Positions 21,151 to 31,690 of a DNA stretch of 64,000 nucleotides are shown here, in pieces. The translations under genes and the position numbers were made by a program. This DNA is from an uncultured Bacillota bacterium (GTDB lineage Bacteria > Sysuimicrobiota > Sysuimicrobiia > Sysuimicrobiales > Segetimicrobiaceae), in assembly GCA_963804645.1 (NCBI GenBank), contig CAWDRG010000022.1:96001-160000 (forward strand), given 5' to 3'. Every line of letters starts with the position of its first letter. The stretch's first letter is position 1. The notes below the pieces were generated by a model. That model worked only from the letters and a program-made list of their open reading frames with translations, was not told the DNA's origin and ran no database searches.

Positions 21151-21351
21151 GGGCCGAGCGCCGCTCCGCGCCTACGAGCGGCGGCCGGCAGACACCTTCG
21201 CGGCGCGCCGAAGCGTCAGCGTCGTGTCGTTCGAGAACGCGGCAATGCACGCAGGGCGTAATGACTTGATGACGAACACCCCATTCGACTTGACACCGAT
21301 CACAGGCGGACAGCCCACATTCGGAGTGCCCGCCGGGCACAGGAGGCTACC

Positions 21352-21828
21352 GTGGCTTTACAAATTTTCTTGCAGATCCCCGGCATAAAAGGAGAGAGTA
21401 CCGTAGCAGGGCATGAACAGTGGATTGAGCTGAACAGCGTCTCGTTCGGCGTCAGCACCGCGGTTGCAGCACCCACAGGACAGCTCGGCAAGCCACAGTT
21501 CGATGCAGTGACTGCAACGAAACCCTTGGACAGCACGTCGTTTCCCCTGTACAACTATGCTCTCACGGCCAAGGGCATCGACGGGGCACTGATTGAGATC
21601 GTAGGGCAGGCAGGCGACGTCCAAACGGTGTTGTACCGGGTCGACCTAACCAAAGGCAATATCGTCGCGGTGTCGTCTCAGATTCAGAACGCGCAAGCCC
21701 AGGGACAGGAGACGCTTCAGTTCTGGTGCAGCCAGATGCAGTGGTCGACGAACCGCGTCAGCGCAAGTGGAGCACCCGTCGTGGCTTTTCAAACCGGATG
21801 GGACGTGGTCAACAATAAAACGATCTGA
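21352..21828 (+). CDS. hcp: Type VI secretion tube protein Hcp family (orphan)
   Basis: IFLQIPGIKGES...HEQWIEL.SVSFGV, K.LDSTS..L, ETLQF and GWDVVNNK motifs; AGGAGG RBS. Confidence 0.85.
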   Translation: MALQIFLQIPGIKGESTVAGHEQWIELNSVSFGVSTAVAAPTGQLGKPQFDAVTATKPLDSTSFPLYNYALTAKGIDGALIEIVGQAGDVQTVLYRVDLTKGNIVAVSSQIQNAQAQGQETLQFWCSQMQWSTNRVSASGAPVVAFQTGWDVVNNKTI

Positions 21829-21954
21829 GCGAACGGCTACGCTGGCGTGTGTGCGCGCCCCGTAGGGTGCGGCCGGACGCGATCGGCTCCCGTTTTCCGA
21901 AACCCTGGCGCCCTTGAAGGTTTTCTCACGCGCGCGACAGGTTTAGGCCGACAA

Positions 21955-22800
21955 TTACACTCCGAAATCGCCACGCCTCCCCCGTCCTAAAGCGGTATCT
22001 GCCCGGACCAGCGGACCGTAGAGTCCGGGCCGCCGGCTGGCGAAATAGTCAAACAGTCCCCGGCTTTGCGCGATCAGGGACAGGTCCAAATCGCCGACAA
22101 GCAGCGTTTCGTCTGCCCCGGCTCGACACACCACACGGCCGAGGGGGTCGCAGATCCCGCTTCCGCCGAAGAACTGGACATTCTCTTCCGTTCCCACCCG
22201 GTTGGTAAGCACCACGAACGCGTGATTCTCCAGTGCTCGCGCTTTGAGATACGCCTCCTGGTAGGATTCGAACGGCGACATGTTCGCCGACGACACGAGT
22301 AGGATCTGGGCACCTTGCAGCGCAGTGATGCGAGCCGACTCGGGAAATTCGATGTCGAAGCAAATCATCAGCCCGACCCGGCAACCAGCGATAGTAACCA
22401 CCACATGCTCGCTGCCGGCGGAGAAATACCGATGTTCCGCACCGTAGAGATGGATCTTGCGGTAGCAAGCCTCGAACTCCCCAGTGGCCGAAATCAGGCA
22501 GACCGCGTTGTAGACGGTATCGCGCGCCCGATCGGCCTCGGGGAATCCTATGACGACGGCGATCCGATGGGCGCGCGCGTGCGCGGCCAAGATCTTCAGT
22601 GTGGACCCGTCGACGTGCTCGGCAATCTCGCGGGTGTGTTCGCGCGTAAAATACCCGGTCAAAAAGAGTTCAGGAAACACCAGCAGATCCGCCCGCGCCG
22701 CGGAAGCGTCTGCGATGACGCGCGCCGCGGTCGCCAAGTTCGCGGGCTTGTCCCCCAGGACCGGGCGAAGTTGTGCGAGTGCGACTCTCATCTGCGTCAT
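21955..22800 (-). CDS. Carbon-nitrogen hydrolase (nitrilase superfamily)
   Basis: E-K-C triad in FPELFLTGY, YRKIHL and ICFDIEFPE. Confidence 0.92.
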   Translation of the reverse strand: MTQMRVALAQLRPVLGDKPANLATAARVIADASAARADLLVFPELFLTGYFTREHTREIAEHVDGSTLKILAAHARAHRIAVVIGFPEADRARDTVYNAVCLISATGEFEACYRKIHLYGAEHRYFSAGSEHVVVTIAGCRVGLMICFDIEFPESARITALQGAQILLVSSANMSPFESYQEAYLKARALENHAFVVLTNRVGTEENVQFFGGSGICDPLGRVVCRAGADETLLVGDLDLSLIAQSRGLFDYFASRRPGLYGPLVRADTALGRGRRGDFGV

Positions 22801-23178
22801 GTCCTCCCGTTGGCGGCGATGTCGCAGTTGCGCGATTCAACGCGAGATCGCTTCCGTCCCGGTCTCCGAGCCCCGTCGTGCAACTTACCGTCGTAGCACG
22901 TTTCGTCCACCCTGCGTTGCCACTCCTCCCGGTCGTGAGGCGAACGTCACCCGCTGGACCGGCATGACTGCGCGGGCCTCGCCATTGCGAACCAGGCAGG
23001 CAATGAATGGGTCCATGGAAGCGGTCTGGGACAGCGACGCCGGCGAGGGGCGAGGCGTGTTGCCCATCGGGTCGGTGGCGTGACCGATGTCATCGTACGG
23101 CAACACCATCACAGGGCGATCACCAGCGTACCAGCGGGTGGCGCGGGCGCGGAGACCCAGACGCCACCCGCTGCACGG

Positions 23179-24189
23179 CTATGGCCAATTGACGACTGGC
23201 ACACCGGTCGGCACGACGCTCCCGCCCGCCGGCTCAATCGTGACTTCGATCGCATTCGGCAGTGTTTCAAACGCCGACCCTTCCGCGATGACACGTCCCT
23301 CGCCCTGCGCATCGATTCGGACCACCCCGAGTGATGTCCACACAGCGCCGTGTCGGACCCAGGCTTGATAGCTCCGCCCCTGCGGGGCGGGTGACAGGTA
23401 GGAAACGGTCAGGATTGCCATCGGCACCCCGGCCCGGCCGCGATAATATCCATGTGCCGCCCGCGGCGCGTTGGGCGTCGGCGCGAGCCGGATCACTTTG
23501 GTTTCGCTGGTCGTGGCGAGCGTCAGCGCCCGTTCGTCGAGGTTGCGCGTCGCGACCTCGTCGTGGTAAAGCACTCCGGCGGCGCCGAGGATGGCGACGA
23601 GCGCGCCCCCAATCGCGAGGGGCGCCAGTTTGTCTCGCAACCGCTGTAACCCGCCGCGGATTCGCGTCTTGGCCGTCCCGAGCGGAAGGCGCAGTTCCTC
23701 GGCGACCTGTTCGTGGGTTTGGTCTTCAAAGAATGCGAGTTTGAGGGCCTCGCGTTGCGCCGCGGGCAGCTCGTCGAAGGCCGACCGGACCGTCGACCGA
23801 ACGCTGTCCCGCCACGCGATCTCATCCGGCTCCGGACCCGCGTCCGGGACGCTCGCGAGCGTGAATCCATCGGGATCGTTGACCGCCTGAGGTCGCCGGC
23901 TGCGTCCGCGAAGCTCGTTCAGGACCCGATAGTGCGCGATCTGAAGCAGCCACGGGCGAAACGCACCCCGCCTGGGATCGAAGACCGAGGCCTTGCGCCA
24001 GACTGTCAGAAACACGTCTTGCACGACTTCCTCGGCGGCTGCCCGGTCGAGCGAGTGACTCGCGACCGCAAAGACCACGCGCGCGTAACGGCTGTAGAGC
24101 GGCCCGAGCGCCTCCTGGCGTCCCGCGGCCAACTCGCTCATCAACCGCTCGTCGGTGTGTTCCTGACGGGGTGATAGCTTTCTGAACAT
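23179..24189 (-). CDS. ECF sigma factor fused to a transmembrane helix and an RskA-like anti-sigma C-terminal domain
   Basis: AEEVVQDVFLTVW and LPLGTAKTRIR (regions 2 and 4), then a hydrophobic helix, YQAW and EVTIEPAGGSVVPTG. Confidence 0.85.
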   Translation of the reverse strand: MFRKLSPRQEHTDERLMSELAAGRQEALGPLYSRYARVVFAVASHSLDRAAAEEVVQDVFLTVWRKASVFDPRRGAFRPWLLQIAHYRVLNELRGRSRRPQAVNDPDGFTLASVPDAGPEPDEIAWRDSVRSTVRSAFDELPAAQREALKLAFFEDQTHEQVAEELRLPLGTAKTRIRGGLQRLRDKLAPLAIGGALVAILGAAGVLYHDEVATRNLDERALTLATTSETKVIRLAPTPNAPRAAHGYYRGRAGVPMAILTVSYLSPAPQGRSYQAWVRHGAVWTSLGVVRIDAQGEGRVIAEGSAFETLPNAIEVTIEPAGGSVVPTGVPVVNWP

Positions 24190-24242
24190 GCTGCCCTCCA
24201 CGCTACAGTTGTCGGCCATCATTCATCTTCCTTCACCGCGCG

Positions 24243-24788
24243 TCAGCGGACGATGACCGTCGCCTGCATAAACGGATGCACCGTGCAATTGTAGAGGTAG
24301 GTCCCGGCCTTCGTGAACGTGACGCTGACGCTGGTCCCCGGCTGCAGCTGCCCCGTATCCCAGGCTTTCGCCGCATCCGTGGCGGTATGTGGGACCGGGT
24401 CATCGTTCACCCACGTCACCGGCTGGCCGGCATCGACGGTCACGGTCGCCGGGCCGAACGTGAAGCTCTTAATGTGGATACGGACCCCTTGAATCGCGGC
24501 CGCCTGCGGTGACTGGGCGAGCGCGCCGGCTGGTCCTGTGGCGGTTGCCGTCCCTCCGTGACCTGAACCGGTCTCCCCGATGCCGATCACGTGGCGGCGA
24601 GGGACACCGCTGTCGAAGCCGGGTGCCGCCGTCGCCGTCAGAAGAGGATGCAGCTGCGAGAGCCCGACGAACGCCACCGTCACCAGGCTCGCCAGCGTCG
24701 GCAGGACCGGCCGCGTACCCCGCCGTCCCGCGCCCGTCGCCGGTTCACGTATGAATCTGCGAAGAACGCCACCCACGAGTGTCGTCAT
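24243..24788 (-). CDS. Cupredoxin (plastocyanin/amicyanin-like)
   Basis: Type-1 copper ligands in VTWVNDD.VPHT and YNCTVHPFM. Confidence 0.88.
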   Translation of the reverse strand: MTTLVGGVLRRFIREPATGAGRRGTRPVLPTLASLVTVAFVGLSQLHPLLTATAAPGFDSGVPRRHVIGIGETGSGHGGTATATGPAGALAQSPQAAAIQGVRIHIKSFTFGPATVTVDAGQPVTWVNDDPVPHTATDAAKAWDTGQLQPGTSVSVTFTKAGTYLYNCTVHPFMQATVIVR

Positions 24789-24893
24789 GATCGATCGTCC
24801 CCTCATCGTGTTGATTGCAACGGCTTGGCGCGGCGCCGGACGGACACCAGACAGAGGGCGCGTCCTCGCGCGGACCATACCGCAGCGGCACGT

Positions 24894-25592
24894 CTACGGC
24901 ATCGCCAGCGCTCGGATATCGGCGGTAAGATCGTCGGGGTCCAGGTTGCCCGGGAGGAACAGCACGAGCTTGCCGGTCCGGTCGATCATGTACACGATCG
25001 CGGTATGGCCCACTTCCGAGGTCGTGGGCGTCGCCGCGGCCACCGCCTCGGGATTGACAGCCTTGGCGTCACTCCCGACGTAGTAATGCGCCCAGACCGG
25101 GCGAAGCTGCGCGAACGTCCCGCGCAGGTACGTCAGCTCGTTCCGCACGTGGTGGACCGCGAGGAATCTCCGCACGGCTTCCCGGCTGTCGCCGGTTGGG
25201 TCCACGCTGACCGCCACGAACGCTACGCGGCTTGCCGCCGGCCCCAACCGGCCGTGCACCGTATGCATCGCGTCGGCAATCAGCGGACACACGTCTGGAC
25301 AGTGCGTATAGAGGAACGTCAACACCACGACCTTGCCGCGGAGATCGGCGAGCGACACGACGCGATCGTCCTGGTCCGGCAACCGGAACTCGTAGGCATT
25401 CACGGGCGGATTCAAGAGGGCGCCCGCGAGCGCCGGTGCCTCATGGGCCCGGATTGTGGCCGCAGTCGCGGCGACTGCCGCGGCAACAACCAGCGCGAGC
25501 GCGAGGCTCCGCCACCGCGCACGGGCGCCGGTCGGCGGCTCGTCGAATCGGGGCCCTGCAGCGTCGTCTGCACGATGAGACGTCATCGACAT
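24894..25592 (-). CDS. SCO1/SenC copper chaperone
   Basis: FLYTHCPDVCP (CxxxC), VSVDP and conserved His in VGHT. Confidence 0.9.
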   Translation of the reverse strand: MSMTSHRADDAAGPRFDEPPTGARARWRSLALALVVAAAVAATAATIRAHEAPALAGALLNPPVNAYEFRLPDQDDRVVSLADLRGKVVVLTFLYTHCPDVCPLIADAMHTVHGRLGPAASRVAFVAVSVDPTGDSREAVRRFLAVHHVRNELTYLRGTFAQLRPVWAHYYVGSDAKAVNPEAVAAATPTTSEVGHTAIVYMIDRTGKLVLFLPGNLDPDDLTADIRALAMP

Positions 25593-25707
25593 TCTCCTCT
25601 CGGTTCGAGCCGTGCCCGCCGACACACGCACATCCCGGTGGGGGCGCGGCGCAGGTCGGACGCGGGTGAGCCCCAACACCACAGGGCCCACCGGCGCCCG
25701 CGGACCG

Positions 25708-27090
25708 TCACGGCGTCACGATCACCTTCGCTTGCATGAACGGGTGGTCGTTGCAGCTGTACGCATAGGTCCCCGGCTTCGTCATGGTGACGGTGAAGCT
25801 GCCGCCGGGCACGACTTGATTGGTGTTCCACTGCGCACCCTGAGCCGTCGCGCTGTGAGGCACGGCATCGTCGTCGATCCACGTGACCGTATGCCCCGCC
25901 GCGACGGTCACGGTCGCCGGGCCGAACGCGAAGTTTCGCATGCGGATCTGCACATCTCCGGCCATCGGCGCGGGCGCGGGGCGAGGCGCCTCCGCGGCGA
26001 ACCCGGCCGCTGCCCCGGCGGCGGTGGGCGGCACGTAGTCGCCCAGCGCACCGTCACCCCGCTGCAGTGAGATCTTGCGGGGCTCGTTGCCGGTGGGGAG
26101 CACCGCCACGACCTGCGCCTTGGCCATGTCGACGACCGAGACGGTGTCGTCGCCTTCGTTCGTCACGAAAGCGAGCGCACCGTCCGAGGTGACGCTGACC
26201 CAGTGGGGAAAGTGACCGACCGCCACGTCCTTCACGACTTGCTGCGACGCGGCATCGACGATGGCGAGCTGCCCGGTCCCCTGCACCGTGACCAGCGCGT
26301 ACTTGTGATCTGGGGTAAACGCGATCTGGTGTGGGATCGGGCCTACGGGAATCTGGGCAATGATGGCGTGGCTCGCCGTGTCGAGGATTTGAACCATTGC
26401 ACTGTTCGCCGTGGTGAAGTAGAGCAGGCTGCCGTCGGGACTGACGGTCAGCCCGCGTGGCGCCTGATCGACCGGCACGCGCGCCGCAACACGTCCCGCT
26501 GGAACGTCCAGAACGATGATCGCGTCATCGTTCGGCTGGTCCTGCTGCCCCACGTACGCCGTGTGTCCGTCCGGCGAATACGCGACGCCGTGCGGCTTGG
26601 CGACCCGAAACTGTGCCATGACCCGGAACGTCGAGGTATCGAGGGCGTCGACTTTGTTCTCGTCGAAGATCGCAACGAGCAGCGTCTTGGTATCGGGGGA
26701 CAGGGCGATTCCTTCCGGCCCGCGCCCGAGCGTCAGCGTCTTGATCACCGTGTCGGTCGCGGTGTCGATCACGCTGAGCTGGGCCGCGTCTTCGCTCGTC
26801 ACATACACGCGCTGCCCGTTGGGCGTCACGAGCACGGCTTCCGGTCCGGCCGGAACCCTGATCCGCCGGAGCATTTGTCCCGTCGAGGTATCGACCACAC
26901 CGACTGCGTTCTCGGCATACAGGCCGACGTACGCCTTGGGGGCCCTCGTCTGAGCCGCCGTCGTCCGCGGCTGGGCCGCGAGACCCCACACGCCCGCCAG
27001 GGCCAACACCATTCCGGCCGCGAGCAGCCGCAGACCGTGTGGACGCGTGCGAAGGACGATGCGCTTGCAACACACCAACCCGTCGGTCAT
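25708..27090 (-). CDS. Secreted YVTN/YncE beta-propeller with C-terminal cupredoxin domain
   Basis: Repeated blades (YVTS, YFTT, FVTN..DDTVSVVD) and C-terminal YSCNDHPFM. Confidence 0.85.
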   Translation of the reverse strand: MTDGLVCCKRIVLRTRPHGLRLLAAGMVLALAGVWGLAAQPRTTAAQTRAPKAYVGLYAENAVGVVDTSTGQMLRRIRVPAGPEAVLVTPNGQRVYVTSEDAAQLSVIDTATDTVIKTLTLGRGPEGIALSPDTKTLLVAIFDENKVDALDTSTFRVMAQFRVAKPHGVAYSPDGHTAYVGQQDQPNDDAIIVLDVPAGRVAARVPVDQAPRGLTVSPDGSLLYFTTANSAMVQILDTASHAIIAQIPVGPIPHQIAFTPDHKYALVTVQGTGQLAIVDAASQQVVKDVAVGHFPHWVSVTSDGALAFVTNEGDDTVSVVDMAKAQVVAVLPTGNEPRKISLQRGDGALGDYVPPTAAGAAAGFAAEAPRPAPAPMAGDVQIRMRNFAFGPATVTVAAGHTVTWIDDDAVPHSATAQGAQWNTNQVVPGGSFTVTMTKPGTYAYSCNDHPFMQAKVIVTP

Positions 27091-27296
27091 GAGTAGTTCT
27101 CCTCTCGTCAGAGACTGGAGCGGGCGCACGGACGCGGTCCCGGGCCCACGTTCCATCCACCCTTCCCCGCTGATACACCACGTGTAGCGTTTTGGATTGA
27201 CCCGACGGCGACGGGCCGTCCCGTCCGTGACCTTGGTCGTGTGCCGTCCAAGGATCCGTGGACGCCTGCGGCACCCGAAGATCCGGCCCCGGCATG

Positions 27297-27328
27297 GGGC
27301 TGCCCGGACCCCGGGGTCCGGGCAGCCC
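27297..27328. terminator. Perfect 32-bp palindrome; probable terminator or stabilising hairpin
   Basis: GGGCTGCCCGGACCCC|GGGGTCCGGGCAGCCC, 14 nt past the stop of ORF 27343-27531; no U-tract. Confidence 0.55.
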
Positions 27329-27342
27329 GTCTCGGGCACCGG

Positions 27343-27531
27343 CTACTGCGCCTGCGTATTGGACGCAAACGGCGTCGCCTGCTGGTCGACCGTGTACGGC
27401 GAGGTCTGGTCGCTCTGGCCCACAGCCGGCTGATCGGTGCCCATATTGTCCTGAGCGAAGGCCGCGGACGCGCTCACGATGAGCGCGCCGCCCATCAGCA
27501 TGATCGCGAGAAACTTTCGCACGGGGATCAC
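27343..27531 (-). CDS. Small secreted protein (62 aa)
   Basis: AAGGAGGT RBS; signal peptide ending AFA; Q/T/D-rich mature part. Confidence 0.65.
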   Translation of the reverse strand: MIPVRKFLAIMLMGGALIVSASAAFAQDNMGTDQPAVGQSDQTSPYTVDQQATPFASNTQAQ

Positions 27532-27933
27532 CTCCTTTCATCGCAGATCAGAGGCACGAGGTCTCTGTCTCTTACGTGCTGAGATAAACTGATCCAGCGG
27601 AGACGGATTTCGGATAGGGCGAAGCGTGACCGTGTCGTTACCGCGCGCGCGATGCCGCACGGCGTCGACGGCTGGCCGTTGCTTGAGGTTCTAGCGATGC
27701 GCCCGGTGGCTCAAAGGCCAGGCGATGCTGTTCAAATCTCTACGTTACTTCAGTCGCTGCAACCCGTGAGGTGACCGCGTCCGCCGCATCTCAATGCCCC
27801 AGGACACGCGCCGACCGTAACAACATGGTGAACAATCCGTGGTGACGGGATCTCCGCGACGCGGCGCGGCCTACCCATGATGCAGGCCCGACGGTTCGTC
27901 CCGTACCGGGCGCACGGGCAGAAGGAGAAATCA

Positions 27934-28131
27934 ATGATGCGACAGCTATTCGCGGCAATGCTGCTGGGCGGCGCACTGCTGGGAGTCACCACGGCCCGCG
28001 CCGCGGCCGCGGACGGTGAACCGTGGGAACCTCCGCAGGTGATCGTGCCGCCGCCCATCGGGCAGATCCAGATCGCACCGCTGGTCCCATTCGATAGCCG
28101 CAGCGACACATTGCGAAAATCGAAAGTCTAG
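27934..28131 (+). CDS. Small secreted Pro-rich protein
   Basis: AAGGAG RBS; signal peptide MMRQLFAAMLLGGALLGVTTARA. Confidence 0.6.
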   Translation: MMRQLFAAMLLGGALLGVTTARAAAADGEPWEPPQVIVPPPIGQIQIAPLVPFDSRSDTLRKSKV

Positions 28132-28324
28132 CACGGCTCGGCATCGCTCGCGGCCTGACTGCACGCATTCTACCCGTGCAGAGCCCCGGCAGGATGGCGG
28201 CCGGACGCCGCCATCCCGCGGCGTTTCTTCGGCTCACATCCCCAGGGACCCAGAAGGCAAGTACGGCCGGACGGGCCTCACCGAACCGAAATGAACGTGC
28301 GCGCTACGACCCCGCCCAACATCG

Positions 28325-30709
28325 TTAGGCGAACGTCACCGTTTGAGCCTGCGTGGCTGTGCGGGCCGCGCCGTTGCGATCCAGGCTGGCAATGAGGGTG
28401 ATCACGTAAGCGCCAGCCTGGGTCGCGACGATGGTCCGGCTGCCGCTCAATGGAAGGCCCGAAGCCGCCGGCACGCTGCCCGTTGGCGGGCGAACCTCAA
28501 GGCTGACCGCAGTCCCCGGCGGGTTGCCGGCGCAGTTCCACGCCACGGTGCAGGAATGAGTCGATGACGACGGCGGGCTCGTGACAGCAAAGGAGGAAAT
28601 CACCGGCTGAACGATCTCGAGCCCGGTGCGGCGCGTGAAGTCGCTGCTAAATCCGTCCAATCGGCCGTTGTCGGTCAGCCGCGCGAGGACGGATCGCCAT
28701 TGCCGCAGCGGGCCGGTCGGGTTGCCCGGCGTGTCACCAAACCGAGACTCGAGGTCGGCCTGGGTGCTTTCATTCTGCTGCCCCCAGTGCAGGATACCTT
28801 TGATCGTAGGGTCGAGCGCGAGCTTGATCGCATAGTCGACGAACTGGCTGCTGCCCAGCTCATCCGCGAGACCTGCGCACTCGATCGCACAGGTCCGCGG
28901 GAAGGCTTCCTGCGCGATGGTGGCGCGTGACTGCCCGCAGAAACGCAGCGAAATGTATCCGGCAACCGAGAGGCCGGAGTCGACCTCCTGCTCGGTCTCG
29001 AACTGCAGCAGGCGGTTGACGAAGGCGAGCAAGTTGGGATCCGCGGCATCGAAGAACACTTCCATCGATCGCACATTCACGTCGCAACTAATGTCGGCGT
29101 AGTCGTGGCCGTCCATGACCGCGTAGCTGATGGCGGAGAAGGTTTGCGGCGACTGCTGGAATTGGAAGACCTGGGCGGCGATCGTCCTCCACAAGATGAG
29201 TCCGGCGGCCCGCTCCAACCGATTCGAGGATCCCAGAAGCATGGCGCGCAAGGTGTTCAGCGCCTGACCGACGGTGGATCCGTCGCGTCTCAAGGAATTG
29301 AGGAACGCGGTCAGGAGTCCCCGGATCCCATGCAAGAACGCCGAGAGCAACCCGAGGCCGAGGCGTTCGGAGATCGCACCCAGAGACCCGCTGGTTGGAA
29401 CATTCTTGTGGCTCAGGAAGTCGTCAATCTCCGTATAGATGCCGTTGACGATCCCGTCCATGAAGTTGGCATCGGCGCACGCGGCGTCAAAGACGTTGAA
29501 CGAGGTAATGCCAGCGTCATTTGGCGAGAAGGCGACACCATTGCCGGCGGCCGAAAACCGCGGGGCGTTCAGCAGGGGGTCGTTCGCCATAAGGATGTTG
29601 CCGACCCGCTCGGGCCGCCCCGCGGGATTCCCCGGACCGGGCCAGGTGACGGGGGGCATGGGCGACGACGGCACCGCCGACAGCGGCACCGTCCAATGCC
29701 GCGTGATGCCACAGACGTGCGTGGTGCCGTTCGTGCTCGGAATCGGATTCACCGCGATCTGCAGAAACCGTTGAGGAATCGATCCTCCAAACGGCTTCAC
29801 AAACAGCGCGGAATTCGGGTCGGCGATCAGGTGCTGCACGTTCTCCCACTCGTCGAGCAGGAGTTCCTGACGCAACCCGTACTGCGGCGTGACCTGGAGG
29901 ACGGCGGAATAGATGATGCCGAAGCGCCCGACCTGGACCATGGCCGCGCGCAAGACGTCATCATCATAGATGACGCCGAAGTTGCCTGGGCCACCGTACC
30001 TGGCGGCGCCGTAGAACGCGCGCAGTTTCCCCTCATCGGTCAAGGGCGCCCGATTGATATGGCCCCGTTCGATCCAATAGTGCTGGCCGCCGTCGACGAC
30101 CAGGTGCAGGGCGACGAGGGCATCCGCGAGCGGAGGGCGATCGAAATCGCCGCCGTGGGTTCCGGTGGAGAGCGCGCCTACGACGGTCTGGCCCCCGGCA
30201 CCACCGAGGGTGGAAAATCCCCACGATCCTTCAAAGGAGCTGTTGCTGAATCGCGATTTCATGAGGGCGCATAGGCTGTCGCTGTTCGCACCGTCGCCGA
30301 CGTCCAACTCCGCGTAGAGCTGATAGATCCGTTTTCCCGCCTCAACGTGGACATAGTACGCAGGTGCTGCCGTGGCCGCGGCGGATGTCGATGACGCCTG
30401 CAGCTCATCCAAGAACGTCTCCGACAAACACGCAGGCACGACGCAGTACAGGGTCCGTCCCATGGCTGAAATCCGGTTGTTCACATCATGGGTTTCAATG
30501 AAGGTATGATCGCTGATGGCGGCCTGGGAAAGAGCCCAGTGACTGCCCGCGGCATGGAGACGCTGCCCGGCCGGTCTTGTCGAACAGATGACGATCAGGT
30601 CTTCCAGCCCCTGTGGAAACAGGATCTCAGGCGCGTGCGGAATGAGCGGTGTCCCTGGCTTGTCGTGCTTGCGCGTCCAGGGCGCGAGCCGTAACTCAGG
30701 GATACCCAT
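28325..30709 (-). CDS. FAD-binding oxidoreductase (VAO/ALO-like) with C-terminal beta-rich domain
   Basis: AAGSHWALS, VHVEAG, GQTVVGALSTGTHG, GRFGII, ISLRF and LHWGQ motifs. Confidence 0.8.
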   Translation of the reverse strand: MGIPELRLAPWTRKHDKPGTPLIPHAPEILFPQGLEDLIVICSTRPAGQRLHAAGSHWALSQAAISDHTFIETHDVNNRISAMGRTLYCVVPACLSETFLDELQASSTSAAATAAPAYYVHVEAGKRIYQLYAELDVGDGANSDSLCALMKSRFSNSSFEGSWGFSTLGGAGGQTVVGALSTGTHGGDFDRPPLADALVALHLVVDGGQHYWIERGHINRAPLTDEGKLRAFYGAARYGGPGNFGVIYDDDVLRAAMVQVGRFGIIYSAVLQVTPQYGLRQELLLDEWENVQHLIADPNSALFVKPFGGSIPQRFLQIAVNPIPSTNGTTHVCGITRHWTVPLSAVPSSPMPPVTWPGPGNPAGRPERVGNILMANDPLLNAPRFSAAGNGVAFSPNDAGITSFNVFDAACADANFMDGIVNGIYTEIDDFLSHKNVPTSGSLGAISERLGLGLLSAFLHGIRGLLTAFLNSLRRDGSTVGQALNTLRAMLLGSSNRLERAAGLILWRTIAAQVFQFQQSPQTFSAISYAVMDGHDYADISCDVNVRSMEVFFDAADPNLLAFVNRLLQFETEQEVDSGLSVAGYISLRFCGQSRATIAQEAFPRTCAIECAGLADELGSSQFVDYAIKLALDPTIKGILHWGQQNESTQADLESRFGDTPGNPTGPLRQWRSVLARLTDNGRLDGFSSDFTRRTGLEIVQPVISSFAVTSPPSSSTHSCTVAWNCAGNPPGTAVSLEVRPPTGSVPAASGLPLSGSRTIVATQAGAYVITLIASLDRNGAARTATQAQTVTFA

Positions 30710-31049
30710 CGTGGCCTCCAACGGCATGGCACTAAAGGAACACCGTATCGTGCTGAGGGTACACCGATCACGACGGGACCGCCAACCACGCAGGTTCCGT
30801 CGCAAGTCCGCCCGATAGGCTCATTCTAGCGTTCGAGGAGGCTTGTGCGATTTCCGCTGACGGCAAGACTTCGGCAAGGCCATTGAGTAGGAACCGGAGT
30901 ATGGTGGATGGAACTACTCCGCGTTCTCTGGCTCAGCACAACCGCAGAGATGGAGCGCCCGACCGACTGCGCCAGATAGGAGCGGGTCCTCGCCTACCAT
31001 CTCGCGCTGGCCCGGGGCCGCGACCCGGACCGCACCCGCTTTCCGGAGC

Positions 31050-31690
31050 GGTTGGTCGCCGAAAATCCAGAGTACGTCCGTCTCATCGAAGTCGCACACT
31101 GGCATCAGCTCGACCGCGGTCACGCCCAGTTGCCGCAGATACGGGATCTTGTCGGTGATGGCGGAGAACGTCCCGGGGTGCGCAACCCCGGATGACGGGG
31201 ACTTGGAAAACCCGCGCATGTGCAGTTCGTAGATGATCGTGTCCTCCATCGGGCGACCGAGGGGCAGATCACCTTCCCAGTCGTACCCGGCCGGAGCGAT
31301 CACGGCAGACCGCATCGATGTGGCGAGGTTATCGCCTGCGACGCACGCACTGGCACGCTGCCACAGGCTGTTCGTATTGCCTTCGGCATAGGGGTCGATG
31401 AACACCTTCTCCCGGTCGAAGCGCTGCGCGTCTTTCGGTTTCTGGGGGCCGTCAACACGGTAGGCGTAGTGGGTCTCCGGAGGCAGACCGCGGATAAAGA
31501 CATGCCAGAAATGAAACGTCTTGTTGACCTGCGGATCGAAGGCAACCGTCTGAAACGGCCCGGCATCGTCGTGCCGCTCAAACAACAAGAGTTTGACGCC
31601 CGTGGCATTCTCCGAAAATAGAGAGAAATTGACGCCCTCCCTGTCCGGCGTCGCGCCCTGAGGAAGCGCCGTTCCGGGCTCGACATCATA
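31050..31690 (-). pseudogene. glgX: Truncated glycogen debranching enzyme (isoamylase), N-terminal part only
   Basis: GVNFSLFSENA, IDPYA, YDWEGD.P, IIYELHMRGF and LGVTAVELMPV; similarity ends about 200 aa in, so the catalytic barrel is missing. Confidence 0.85.
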
